Below, piece by piece: positions 17,428 through 25,990 of a DNA stretch of 61,045 nt. The position numbers were made by a program, and so were the translations under genes. Each line of letters opens with the position of its first letter. Positions within the stretch are counted from its first letter, which is position 1. The notes under the pieces were generated by a model. The model was not told where the DNA came from. It saw nothing but the letters and a program-made list of their open reading frames with translations, and did no database searches. Origin of the DNA: Planctomycetota bacterium (lineage in GTDB: Bacteria > Planctomycetota > UBA11346); contig JBBRLJ010000032.1 in NCBI GenBank assembly GCA_038231435.1, positions 1 through 61,045 on the forward strand, written 5' to 3'.

Positions 17428-18549
17428 TCAGGAGAACTCCAACACCTCGCCCACCGGCCGACGCAGGGTGCGCATCGACTCGGGCATCGCTGGCGACACT
17501 CCGGCGCGAAACATCCAGATCGGGCGCTCCCCGGCATCCATGCCGAAGGTCCGGCGCAGGATCTCGCCACCATTGCGGAAGAACGGCGCGGCGTCGGGCT
17601 CGATGAGTCCGGTGGCGCTGGCCAGGAAGGCGTAGAGCGACGACAGCGACAACGGCTGCACGCCGAATCCGGCGGTGGTGAGGCGCAGCCACGCGCGCAT
17701 CGCCGCCCGCCCCGCGTCGACCACCGTGGCGTGGCCGGTGCCGGTCACCGAGACGCACACCAGGCCGGCCGACGAGCGCAGATTGCGCTCGATCGTCCGT
17801 TCCTGCATCGCCTTCATGCCGCACGCCGCCAGCGGCCTGACCAGCCATGGCGCGCTGCGCAGGAGGCGCAGCATCGGGACCTCGAAGAAGCGGATGCCGA
17901 GATTGGCCAAGGGCATGCCGTCCCGCCGCGCCAGCGCCTCGCGCCGGCTGAAGCGCACCCAGGCCATCACCGCCGCGAACGCGACCGGATCCGCCAGCAG
18001 CGAGCTCTCGGCGGCCCGCGCGTAGGCGATCGCTGCATCATCGGGCGCGCTCGCGACGCGCACGCGCGCCGCGCCCACGCCATCGCTCGCGAGCGCGGCG
18101 GTCATCGACGCGTCGAACTCGCCGCCGAGGTACGCGCGCCGGTCGGTGCAGCGCCGCGAGATCGCCGCGGCCAGGATGTCGACGTCCACCGTGGGATCCG
18201 CGACGAAGCGCACGGTTGCCCACGGCTCCGGGCCATCCACGCTTCCATGCCCTGTCGGAGCGGTGACTCCGGCCGCCCCGCCGATGACGCCCTCGCCGTA
18301 GGTGACCCGCGCGCGCAGACCGTGCGTAGTCGCCGTGATCGATGCGGACTCCACCACGCAGCCCAACGTCAGCAGCGATCCATGGTCGCCACGATTGATC
18401 GGATGCCGCGCACGTTCGTGGTCATGGCGGATGGCGAGGACGCGACCGTCCCACGCGAACCGCCAGGGCTGGCAGTTGTCGCCGCTGGGCGCCTGCAGGC
18501 AGGCGGCGACGATGGCGCGCACCGTGGCGGGATCGACGGCCGAGGCCAT
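17428..18549 (-). CDS. Nitroreductase-fold flavoprotein (Acg/TyzC/OxzB-oxidase-like)
   Basis: APSGDNCQPWRF, ISRRCTDRRAY, AGRAAMRAWL..T..G..VQP, final RRP; alternative GTG start at 18627. Confidence 0.85.
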   Translation of the reverse strand: MASAVDPATVRAIVAACLQAPSGDNCQPWRFAWDGRVLAIRHDHERARHPINRGDHGSLLTLGCVVESASITATTHGLRARVTYGEGVIGGAAGVTAPTGHGSVDGPEPWATVRFVADPTVDVDILAAAISRRCTDRRAYLGGEFDASMTAALASDGVGAARVRVASAPDDAAIAYARAAESSLLADPVAFAAVMAWVRFSRREALARRDGMPLANLGIRFFEVPMLRLLRSAPWLVRPLAACGMKAMQERTIERNLRSSAGLVCVSVTGTGHATVVDAGRAAMRAWLRLTTAGFGVQPLSLSSLYAFLASATGLIEPDAAPFFRNGGEILRRTFGMDAGERPIWMFRAGVSPAMPESMRTLRRPVGEVLEFS

Positions 18550-18551
18550 CG

Positions 18552-18605
18552 CCGAAGCACTGTCCGAAGCACTGTTCGGGGCGATGTCCGGGGCGATGTC
18601 CGAGG
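18552..18605. repeat. Degenerate 12-bp tandem repeat (about 4.5 units)
   Basis: ccgaagcactgt ccgaagcactgt tcggggcgatgt ccggggcgatgt ccgagg. Confidence 0.8.
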
Positions 18606-18643
18606 TGAGGGCGGTCGCTTCGCCCACGGGTCTGCTCAGAGGT

Positions 18644-19567
18644 TCAACCCACGGCACGGCGGCGCTCCCCGGCGGCGTGGCGATGAGTCGCGCGGGTCCC
18701 GTCCAGCGCCTCGCTCGCGCCCTTGGCTGCCGCCGGATCCATGGCGATGGATGGCGTCGGTACCCTCGCGATGCCGAACCAGGCCGCCTCCTCTGCTGGC
18801 ATCGGCGAGGCGTTGCGGGCCAGGGCCTCGGCGATGAGGCCCTCCTCGAGCCACGGGTAGAATTCGGGATAGAGCAGGCCGGCACTCTCGTGGGCGGCCG
18901 TGCCCATCCGCCGGGCGTAGTGGGCGAGATCGCAGCGCAGCAGCACGGTGGGCTGTCCACCGACGCTCGGGCAGGCGCGCTGGCCGCCCAGCTGCTCGAA
19001 TCCCAGATTGCGCATATACCAGCGCGCGCGGCACGGATGGACCTCGATGACCGCGTCGTCGGCGTGGCCGATGCACGCCGCGTGGATGTACAGCAGGTTG
19101 ATCAGGCGCAGCAGGATCGCGCGGTCGTGGCGATGCCCGTCCGCGATGCACAGGCGGCAGACCTCGACCACCGTACGGCCGCGCGCGCGCAGCGCGGCCA
19201 TCTCACCTGGGAACAGCCGATCCGCCGGCAGGCCGGATTGCGCGCGGTAGGCGAGGGTCGCGGTCGCGACCGCCGCGCTGGCGTCGTCCTCGATCAGCAG
19301 CGTCAGGGTCGATGGCTCGGCATCGTACGGCCACACCAGGCGGCCGTGGTCGTTCTTGGCATAGCCGTGCGCGCTGTAGACGTCGTAGGCGAGGGTGTAG
19401 GCGCGGTCGCGCGTCGCGCGGTCGGCGGCGAGCCTCGCGATAAAGTGGTTCGAGGTCTCTGCGGACGAGAACGGCCATGCAAAGGGCCGCTCGTCGATCA
19501 GGGCGCGGGCCTCGTCGATCACGTCGGTCAGGCTGGTTCCGGTCTGGGCAGTGGTGAAGGTCAGCAT
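18644..19567 (-). CDS. FeeM-like long-chain N-acyl amino acid synthase (GNAT fold)
   Basis: AAGGA RBS; AYTLAYDVYSAHGY, ATATL, GLPADRLF, VVEVCRL, IEVHP...WY...LGFEQLG...CPSVGG.P.VLL, C-terminal LYP. Confidence 0.85.
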   Translation of the reverse strand: MLTFTTAQTGTSLTDVIDEARALIDERPFAWPFSSAETSNHFIARLAADRATRDRAYTLAYDVYSAHGYAKNDHGRLVWPYDAEPSTLTLLIEDDASAAVATATLAYRAQSGLPADRLFPGEMAALRARGRTVVEVCRLCIADGHRHDRAILLRLINLLYIHAACIGHADDAVIEVHPCRARWYMRNLGFEQLGGQRACPSVGGQPTVLLRCDLAHYARRMGTAAHESAGLLYPEFYPWLEEGLIAEALARNASPMPAEEAAWFGIARVPTPSIAMDPAAAKGASEALDGTRATHRHAAGERRRAVG

Positions 19568-19638
19568 GGCGTCGTTCCTTCTGATGATTCTAGGCTTCGT
19601 TGGCGGCGTCAGACGAGGTATGGCGGTCTCAGGCGATC

Positions 19639-20664
19639 TCAGGTGCACGCTAGGCGACGGTCCAGCAGTTCGCGCTCGTGCAGCGCGCGGAATGCGGGGA
19701 AGCGGGCGAAGGCGAGGCGGCGCAGCAGGCGCCCGCGCCAGGTGCGCAGGCCGGGCCGTCGGCGCAGCGAGCGCGTGCGGTTGCGCCACAGGTCGTAGTA
19801 CACGCCGTGGGGCGAGGCCGCGAGGCGGCCTCGCCCGACCAGCAGCTTGAGGCATTCGCTCGCCGCGCCGGCGGCGCACAGCAGGCATGCCGATACCAGC
19901 GCCGGTCCGGTCTCTGCCGCGATATCCACGCGCGAGGGATCGACGTCGCTGACCAGGCCGGGCGACAGCCCGAGCGCGAACGACAACAGCTGCTCGGCGC
20001 GCGTCAGCTCGCCGTCCCCGCCGCGTCCCGGATCCCCCATGTTGAAGTACTCGTCGAACGACATGCCGCCGGGAACGATGGTCATGATGGCGGCGCCGTA
20101 GCCCAGTGGCCCGGCGATGACGACGGGGATGCGGCGCTCGTGGCAGGCCTGGAAGAGCATGCGCCGTATCTCGATGCGGAAGTAGTCGATGCCGTCGATG
20201 ACGACGTCGACGCCCTCGAGGAAGCGCGCGATGTTGCCGGGGTTGATGCCTTCGCGCCACGTGCGCGCGTCGATGCCTGGATTGATCGCGCGGGCGGTGC
20301 GTTCGAGCACCAGCGCCTTCTCCTCGCCCATGGTATCCGCGGTCGCACCGAGCTGGCGATTGGTGTTCGCCAGCGAGAAGGTGTCGAGGTCGGCGAGGTT
20401 GAGCGCGCCGATGCCGAGGCGGGCGATGGCCTGGACGTGCGCGCCGCCGACGCCGCCAAGTCCGGCGATCGCGACCCGCGCGCGGCGCAGGCGCAGCTGC
20501 TCGGCCTCCGAGACCAGGCCGAGATTACGCGCGAACGCGGTGGCGTAATCGAAGGGGGGTGCGGCGGCGCGCGCGCGCTCACGGTCATCGCCGTGCATCG
20601 CCGGACCCGGCTCGTCCGCGACGCGCTGGTCATGAGCCTGATCCACGAGGTGCGCCGTCGCCAT
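19639..20664 (-). CDS. ThiF-family adenylyltransferase (FeeI/OxzB-N/TyzB-like)
   Basis: FARNLGLV, VAIAGLGGVGG, D.DTFSLANTNRQ, VIDGIDY, PGGMSFDEYF; GGAGG RBS. Confidence 0.9.
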   Translation of the reverse strand: MATAHLVDQAHDQRVADEPGPAMHGDDRERARAAAPPFDYATAFARNLGLVSEAEQLRLRRARVAIAGLGGVGGAHVQAIARLGIGALNLADLDTFSLANTNRQLGATADTMGEEKALVLERTARAINPGIDARTWREGINPGNIARFLEGVDVVIDGIDYFRIEIRRMLFQACHERRIPVVIAGPLGYGAAIMTIVPGGMSFDEYFNMGDPGRGGDGELTRAEQLLSFALGLSPGLVSDVDPSRVDIAAETGPALVSACLLCAAGAASECLKLLVGRGRLAASPHGVYYDLWRNRTRSLRRRPGLRTWRGRLLRRLAFARFPAFRALHERELLDRRLACT

Positions 20665-20895
20665 GAAAGTCCTCCCGGGCTACTGGCGAATGCTCTGCGC
20701 GGGGCGGATTAGGCGGTTCCTGGCGACGATCCGCGCCACCTGGAGGCCGCCTGTATCACCCGCCCGAGGTGGCTTGCTTGTAGGGCGGGGAGGGGGGGCG
20801 GACTGGCTATCGGGCTGGTTGTTCTGGTCCCCATCAGGAGCCGTCGATTCAGGCATCCTGGCCCATCCGATCATCGGCTCGGGCTTGCCCTGCTC

Positions 20896-20935
20896 GTTCT
20901 GCTGGTTAGAACATATTTGTTCCATATCTCAGAAC
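20896..20935. promoter_or_regulatory. Two tandem IclR-type operator boxes (GTTC-N9-GAAC)
   Basis: GTTCTGCTGGTTAGAAC at 20896-20912 and GTTCCATATCTCAGAAC at 20919-20935, directly upstream of the IclR gene. Confidence 0.7.
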
Positions 20936-20946
20936 GAACATCGTCG

Positions 20947-21684
20947 ATGAACAACACCCTCGCGAACGGCCTCGCGCTGCTGCGTTTCCTCAGCGGTACC
21001 GCCGAGCGATTCGGCGTGAGCGAACTCGCCGCGCGGCTGGAGCTGCCCAAGAGCCATGTGCACCGCCTGTTGCGCACGCTGGTGGAGACCGGCTACGCGG
21101 TACAGGAGCCGGATCGCCGCTATCGCATCGGCCTGCGTCCGCTCGAGGTCTCATGCGCGCTGCTCCAGCACCTGCCGCTGCGCGTGGCCGCCGTACCGCT
21201 GATCCATCTCCTGGCGAAGAGCACCGGCATGGACGCTATCACCAGTATCCCCTTCGACGGCGCCGGCCTGATCGTCGCCGCTATCCATCCGGATGGCCGC
21301 CAGCGCGACCCCAGCGCGTCGATCGGCGGGCGCCTGCACCCGGACCACACCGCCACCGGCAAGGCGTTCAGCGTCCTCATTCACGGCTTCGCCCCGCCGC
21401 CGAAGCTATCCACGAGCGAGCTCGCCCGCATCCGCCGCGACCGCTTCGCGATCAAGGATCCGACCCTGGCAGCGCCGATGAACGGCATGGCGGCGGTGGT
21501 CGCGGACGCGTCCGGCACGGTGCTGGGCGCCCTTGGACTGGCGGCTCCTGGTGAGGATTTCCGCCGCCATTTCGCCAAGGCTGCGGCGGCGCTGCGCGCC
21601 GCCGCCACCGAACTGGAGGCGCGCCTGGCCCGACCCGAGCCGGTGTCCGAGCCGAAGGCGAAACCGATGGAGGTCCGGGCATGA
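20947..21684 (+). CDS. IclR family transcriptional regulator
   Basis: GVSELAARLELPKSHVHRLLRTL HTH; HTATGKA effector-domain motif. Confidence 0.92.
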   Translation: MNNTLANGLALLRFLSGTAERFGVSELAARLELPKSHVHRLLRTLVETGYAVQEPDRRYRIGLRPLEVSCALLQHLPLRVAAVPLIHLLAKSTGMDAITSIPFDGAGLIVAAIHPDGRQRDPSASIGGRLHPDHTATGKAFSVLIHGFAPPPKLSTSELARIRRDRFAIKDPTLAAPMNGMAAVVADASGTVLGALGLAAPGEDFRRHFAKAAAALRAAATELEARLARPEPVSEPKAKPMEVRA

Positions 21685-22574
21685 ATGCCGCCACCATCCC
21701 CAGCCGTCCGTCATTCCTGCATCCCGGATGGGTCGAAGAATATCGCGAGCGCGGCTACGCCGTGTTGCGCGGCGTGTTCGCGCGCGGCGAGATCGCGGAG
21801 CTGCAGGCGGCCTTCGACCGCACCTATGCCGAGTGCATGCGTCATCCCAAGACCTGGAGGCACCAGAACCGCGTGGTCTGGGTGAACCACGATGTGACCG
21901 TGGGCCGGTTCGTCAGCGGCTGCCAATGGCAGTCGTGGGTGGATCCGGTGCTCGACCGCGTGCGCCACGACCCGCGCATGCTCGCCATGCTCGAGCCGTT
22001 GATCGGCGACGATCTCAAGCAGATCATCAACCAGATGCATTGGAAGGTGCCCGGCACGGGCTACACCTGGGGCATGCATCAGGACGTGCGCTCGCGCACG
22101 CCACGGCACTGCTTCCGCGAGTTAGCGACGTCCTACGTGCAGACCGGCATCGCCATCTCACGCCACTGGGGCGGGAACGGAGCGATGAAGATCATACCCG
22201 GCAGCCATCTCCACGGCGATCTGGCCATCGACGGCGGCGCGCGCCGCTTCGACGCGGCGCGCGACGCAGCGGTCGCCGAGCGGGGCCTCGATCCACGCCT
22301 GGCGATCGATGTCGAGCTCGAACCGGGAGACGTCGTGCTGTGGTCTCCATTCGTCGTGCACGGCGGAGGCATCAACACCACCGCACACGATTACCGGCCA
22401 TTCTACATCAACGGCTACGTCACGTCGGCGATGTGCGACCGCGGACAGCCGGTGTTCGCGCGCGGGCGGCCGGTGCCACTGACCATCCCCGCGCTGGTGC
22501 AGTATGAGGATCTCTACATCCGGCCGGAGCCGCACTATCCCGAGGACCAGGCGTCGCTGCTGCAGCGCGACTGA
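21681..22574 (+). CDS. PhyH family Fe(II)/2OG dioxygenase
   Basis: MHWKVP, MHQD, NGAMKIIPGSH, LEPGDV...VVHGG; ATGA overlap with IclR. Confidence 0.9.
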   Translation: MNAATIPSRPSFLHPGWVEEYRERGYAVLRGVFARGEIAELQAAFDRTYAECMRHPKTWRHQNRVVWVNHDVTVGRFVSGCQWQSWVDPVLDRVRHDPRMLAMLEPLIGDDLKQIINQMHWKVPGTGYTWGMHQDVRSRTPRHCFRELATSYVQTGIAISRHWGGNGAMKIIPGSHLHGDLAIDGGARRFDAARDAAVAERGLDPRLAIDVELEPGDVVLWSPFVVHGGGINTTAHDYRPFYINGYVTSAMCDRGQPVFARGRPVPLTIPALVQYEDLYIRPEPHYPEDQASLLQRD

Positions 22575-22742
22575 TCTTCGAGAAGGAGCGCTGCTCCGCC
22601 TGTCGGATGAAGGATGCGCTTCTGACATGGCCCGCCCGTAAGACGCTTGACCCTGGATCACCAGGAGCGGTAGCAGCCCTCCGTGAACGGAGGTTCCGAT
22701 CAGCCATTGGCCGATGATCCGCGTGGGATATAGAGTAAGGCC

Positions 22743-25700
22743 ATGGAATCGGGCGCGGGCGACGAAACGGAGGCGTTGGAGCGGAAACCGCGGCAGGAAA
22801 CCGCCTCCACAGAACCGTCGCTCGATCAGCCGAGCCTGGCGAAGCTGCTGAGCGGACGGGTCGGCCTGCTGCCCTGGGAGCAAGCTCGTCGCTTCCGCAT
22901 CGACGAGGTGCTGGGCGTGGGCGCCAACGGGCGCATCTATGCGCTGCGCGATCTCGATCTCGACCGCCCGCTGGCGCTCAAGACCTTCGTTCCCGGCACC
23001 GCCGATGACGACCAGTTCAGGTCATTCATCGCCGAGGCCCGCACCATGGCGGAGCTTCAGCATCCGAACGTGTCTCCGGTCTACGACCTCGGCCTCGACA
23101 CCAACGGCAACGTCTTCTTCACCATGAAACGCATCGAGGGCCGCTCGCTCGGCAGCATCCTCGAGCTCTCGACGGCCGAACAGCCCGACGCGCGCATCGC
23201 CAACACCAATCAGGTGGTCTCGATCGCCATCGCGGTGTGCGGCGCCTTGGCCTACGCACACCACCGCGGTGTGGTGCACCAGGACGTCAAGCCCGACAAC
23301 ATCATGATCGGCGATTTCGGCGAGGTCCTGCTCATCGACTGGGGCAGCGCCGTGCACCTCGCCCAGGAGTCGGAGCGCGACCGCATGTACGCGACGCCCC
23401 TGTACATGAGCCCCGAGCAGGCGAACCGGCGGCGCACGGATGCGCGCAGCGACGTCTACTGCATGGGCGCGACGCTCTTCCAAGCGCTGCTCTTCCGCCT
23501 GCCCACCATGATCGACGAGCCCGAGCAGTTGTGGGACCGCAAGCGACGCGGCGACATCGACGCGCCGAGCAGCGAGGAGCGTCGCCGCGTGCCGTCGGGG
23601 CTGCTCGCGATCGCGCTGAAGGCGCTGGCCGCCGATCCGGCCGCGCGTTACCAGGATGCCTCGGCGATGCTCCAGGATCTCCAGGACTTCCAGGCCGGGC
23701 TCGCGGTGAGCGCGCGTGTCGAGCCGCTCTTCGAGCGCCTGGCGCGCTGGTACCGGCGCAACCGCAAGCTGTTCTGGTTGTCGGGCGTGTCCGCGCTGCT
23801 GATCGCTGCGATCACCTCGTTGTTCGCGATCGAGAAGGCCAAGGAGCGCGCGAGCTGGAGGGTGGTCTACGACGCATCGTTCGCGGGCGCCTCGCTAGCC
23901 AAGCTCGACGAGGCGTGGACGGCGACGATCGCCGAGAACATGCTCGGCGAATTCTCGCCCTCGCCGATTGCCGCGCCGGTGTTCGTTGCCGACGACCGCG
24001 GCCTGGTCCTCCACGGCAATCTCGGCTACACCGACCTTACCTACCGTGGCGATCTGGTTGGCGACATCCGCGTCGAGTGGACGTACCGCAGCGACCGGCA
24101 CAACCTCAACTTCAACTGCTTCATCGGTGGACCCGACCGCTGGAACTCGAACATGTTCCACGTCGGGTCCTGGAACAACGCGGCCTACGTGGCGCTCACC
24201 CGGGACAAGGAATACAACGTCATCGACAGCGACTACCTCGCCACTCCGCTCGCTGCCGGCCACGAATACCGTTTCGTGATGGAGCAGGAAGGCGGCCGGC
24301 TGCGCCTGCTGATCGACGGCCGCGCGGTGTTCGATGTCGACAATCCGTCTGACGCCTACGGCGGTCACTCGAACACCTTCGGCTTCGACACCGTCGGGTT
24401 TACGGACCTGCGCATCGGCCGCGTGCGCGTGCTGCACAAGCCGATGCCGTTGCGGATCTCGCCATTGATAGTCGCGGACAAGCTCACGCAGATGCACGAT
24501 TATCCGCGCGCGGCGCAGCAGTACCTCGACATCATCACGTCGTATCCGGGCACCGCCCTGGCGCCCATCGCCCAATTCCGCTATGCGGTGTGCTGCCTGC
24601 GCGCGGGCGATGCCGAGCGCTCGTGCGCGCTGCTCGAACGCCTGGTGAACGAGCACCCCGACTCCGAGGAGGCGCCGTACGCGCTGTACGAACTGATCGC
24701 GTCGAAACGCCGATCCGGCGATCTTCCTGCGGTGGCCGCGCTGCTCGAGCGCTGCGCGCGCTGGAAGGGCCACGCGGCGCTCTCACGCGTCATGGCCGAG
24801 ATCGCCGATAGCCACATGCCCGAGCTGGCGCCTCTGCAGGTCGCCCATGTGGGCGATCCCGAGCACCGGCCCGACCTGGTCGCGCGCATCGAGAGCACCT
24901 TCTCCGAGCTGCGTGGCTGGGGCGATCGCTTCGGCGTTCCCTGGTGGAAGAACACCTACGTGTTCACCGCCGGCGACATGCTCAAGCAGGCTGGCGCGTT
25001 CGCGGATGTGCTCGCCTGGTATCCGAGGCAGGCGTACTGCCACCAGATCACCCTGCTCGAATCCGCTCGCTACGACGAGATCATCGCGGTCGCTCCCGAG
25101 GGCAGCTGGAGCGGCGGCTGGGCCCTGATCGGCCTCGGCCGCGAGCAGGAGGTCTTGGATCAGGGCCGCTACAACGAAGATATGGTCTGGGACATCCATG
25201 CGTCGCGAGGAGATCTGCCGCTGCTGCTTGCAGACCGCGACCTGGCCCCAACGCAATGGGCGCGCACGCTGGTGATGGCCGGACGATTCGACGAGGCCCT
25301 GTCCGCCCACCCCGATCCAAAAACCCTGGTCGCCGCGCTGATCGGCCTGGGACGCGCGCGCGAGATCGAGAGCCGCAGCCAGGATCCGATCGCCATCTCT
25401 CGCGCGCTCGTCGAGCTGTGCGAGTACGCGCGGCTCGAGCGCGAATTCCCCACCATCTACGAGAACCTCTATCTCGCCGCCGAGCACCAGTGGTTCGAGG
25501 GTGATCGCGCGGCGTGCTCACGCCTGCTCGCCGATCTGGAGCGCGCGCAAGTGCCCTTCGCTTCAGACGACACCATGTTCGGACGCTGGGTCCTGCCTGG
25601 ATGCGTTGCGGTCATAGTGGATCACGCAGATCCCGCGACGGTGTTCGCCCCGGTGATCGCCCGGTGCCACGACTGGTATCAGCAGCGGGTGTGGTACCTG

Positions 25701-25937
25701 CTATCGTACGTGGTCGGATCGATCGATGACGCAGGATTCCGCGCGCAGAAGGATCGCGACCTGCTTGAGGAGCGTCTGCTGTTCGCGCGGGCCCTGGCGC
25801 ATGACCTGCACGGTCGCGCAGCCGAGGCCCTGGCTGTCTACGCTCGCATCGCCGAGCTGCCCTGGTTCCACTCGACGATGCGGGATTGCGATCGTGATTT
25901 CGTGCGCTTCCGCATGCAGGAGCTCGGGCGGCGCTGA
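22743..25937 (+). CDS. Membrane-anchored Ser/Thr protein kinase with beta-sandwich and TPR-like C-terminal domains
   Basis: LGVGANG, ALK, HQDVKPDN, DWG, YMSPEQ, SDVY; TM segment LFWLSGVSALLIAAITSLFAI; TPR-like helices. Confidence 0.92.
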   Translation: MESGAGDETEALERKPRQETASTEPSLDQPSLAKLLSGRVGLLPWEQARRFRIDEVLGVGANGRIYALRDLDLDRPLALKTFVPGTADDDQFRSFIAEARTMAELQHPNVSPVYDLGLDTNGNVFFTMKRIEGRSLGSILELSTAEQPDARIANTNQVVSIAIAVCGALAYAHHRGVVHQDVKPDNIMIGDFGEVLLIDWGSAVHLAQESERDRMYATPLYMSPEQANRRRTDARSDVYCMGATLFQALLFRLPTMIDEPEQLWDRKRRGDIDAPSSEERRRVPSGLLAIALKALAADPAARYQDASAMLQDLQDFQAGLAVSARVEPLFERLARWYRRNRKLFWLSGVSALLIAAITSLFAIEKAKERASWRVVYDASFAGASLAKLDEAWTATIAENMLGEFSPSPIAAPVFVADDRGLVLHGNLGYTDLTYRGDLVGDIRVEWTYRSDRHNLNFNCFIGGPDRWNSNMFHVGSWNNAAYVALTRDKEYNVIDSDYLATPLAAGHEYRFVMEQEGGRLRLLIDGRAVFDVDNPSDAYGGHSNTFGFDTVGFTDLRIGRVRVLHKPMPLRISPLIVADKLTQMHDYPRAAQQYLDIITSYPGTALAPIAQFRYAVCCLRAGDAERSCALLERLVNEHPDSEEAPYALYELIASKRRSGDLPAVAALLERCARWKGHAALSRVMAEIADSHMPELAPLQVAHVGDPEHRPDLVARIESTFSELRGWGDRFGVPWWKNTYVFTAGDMLKQAGAFADVLAWYPRQAYCHQITLLESARYDEIIAVAPEGSWSGGWALIGLGREQEVLDQGRYNEDMVWDIHASRGDLPLLLADRDLAPTQWARTLVMAGRFDEALSAHPDPKTLVAALIGLGRAREIESRSQDPIAISRALVELCEYARLEREFPTIYENLYLAAEHQWFEGDRAACSRLLADLERAQVPFASDDTMFGRWVLPGCVAVIVDHADPATVFAPVIARCHDWYQQRVWYLLSYVVGSIDDAGFRAQKDRDLLEERLLFARALAHDLHGRAAEALAVYARIAELPWFHSTMRDCDRDFVRFRMQELGRR

Positions 25938-25990
25938 GGTGTCGGTTGGGCGGTGCGTGCCCAGCCACCAGGACCGTTCTCGGCGCGTGA

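Noticed and set aside
18644..20260. 538-aa ORF suggesting a long N-terminal extension or ThiF-FeeM fusion
   Set aside because: The extension overlaps ThiF in another frame and is Arg-rich junk; a good RBS and ATG lie at 19567. The same applies to the extended ORFs 34845-36659, 43191-45374 and 56890-58602.
19639..20925. ThiF as a RiPP (MccB-like) or MoeB/ThiS enzyme, with ORF 20680-20925 as precursor
   Set aside because: No sulfur-carrier, precursor-like peptide or YcaO gene is visible; the small ORF overlaps the operator region and lacks coding character; the neighbours fit the N-acyl amino acid context better.
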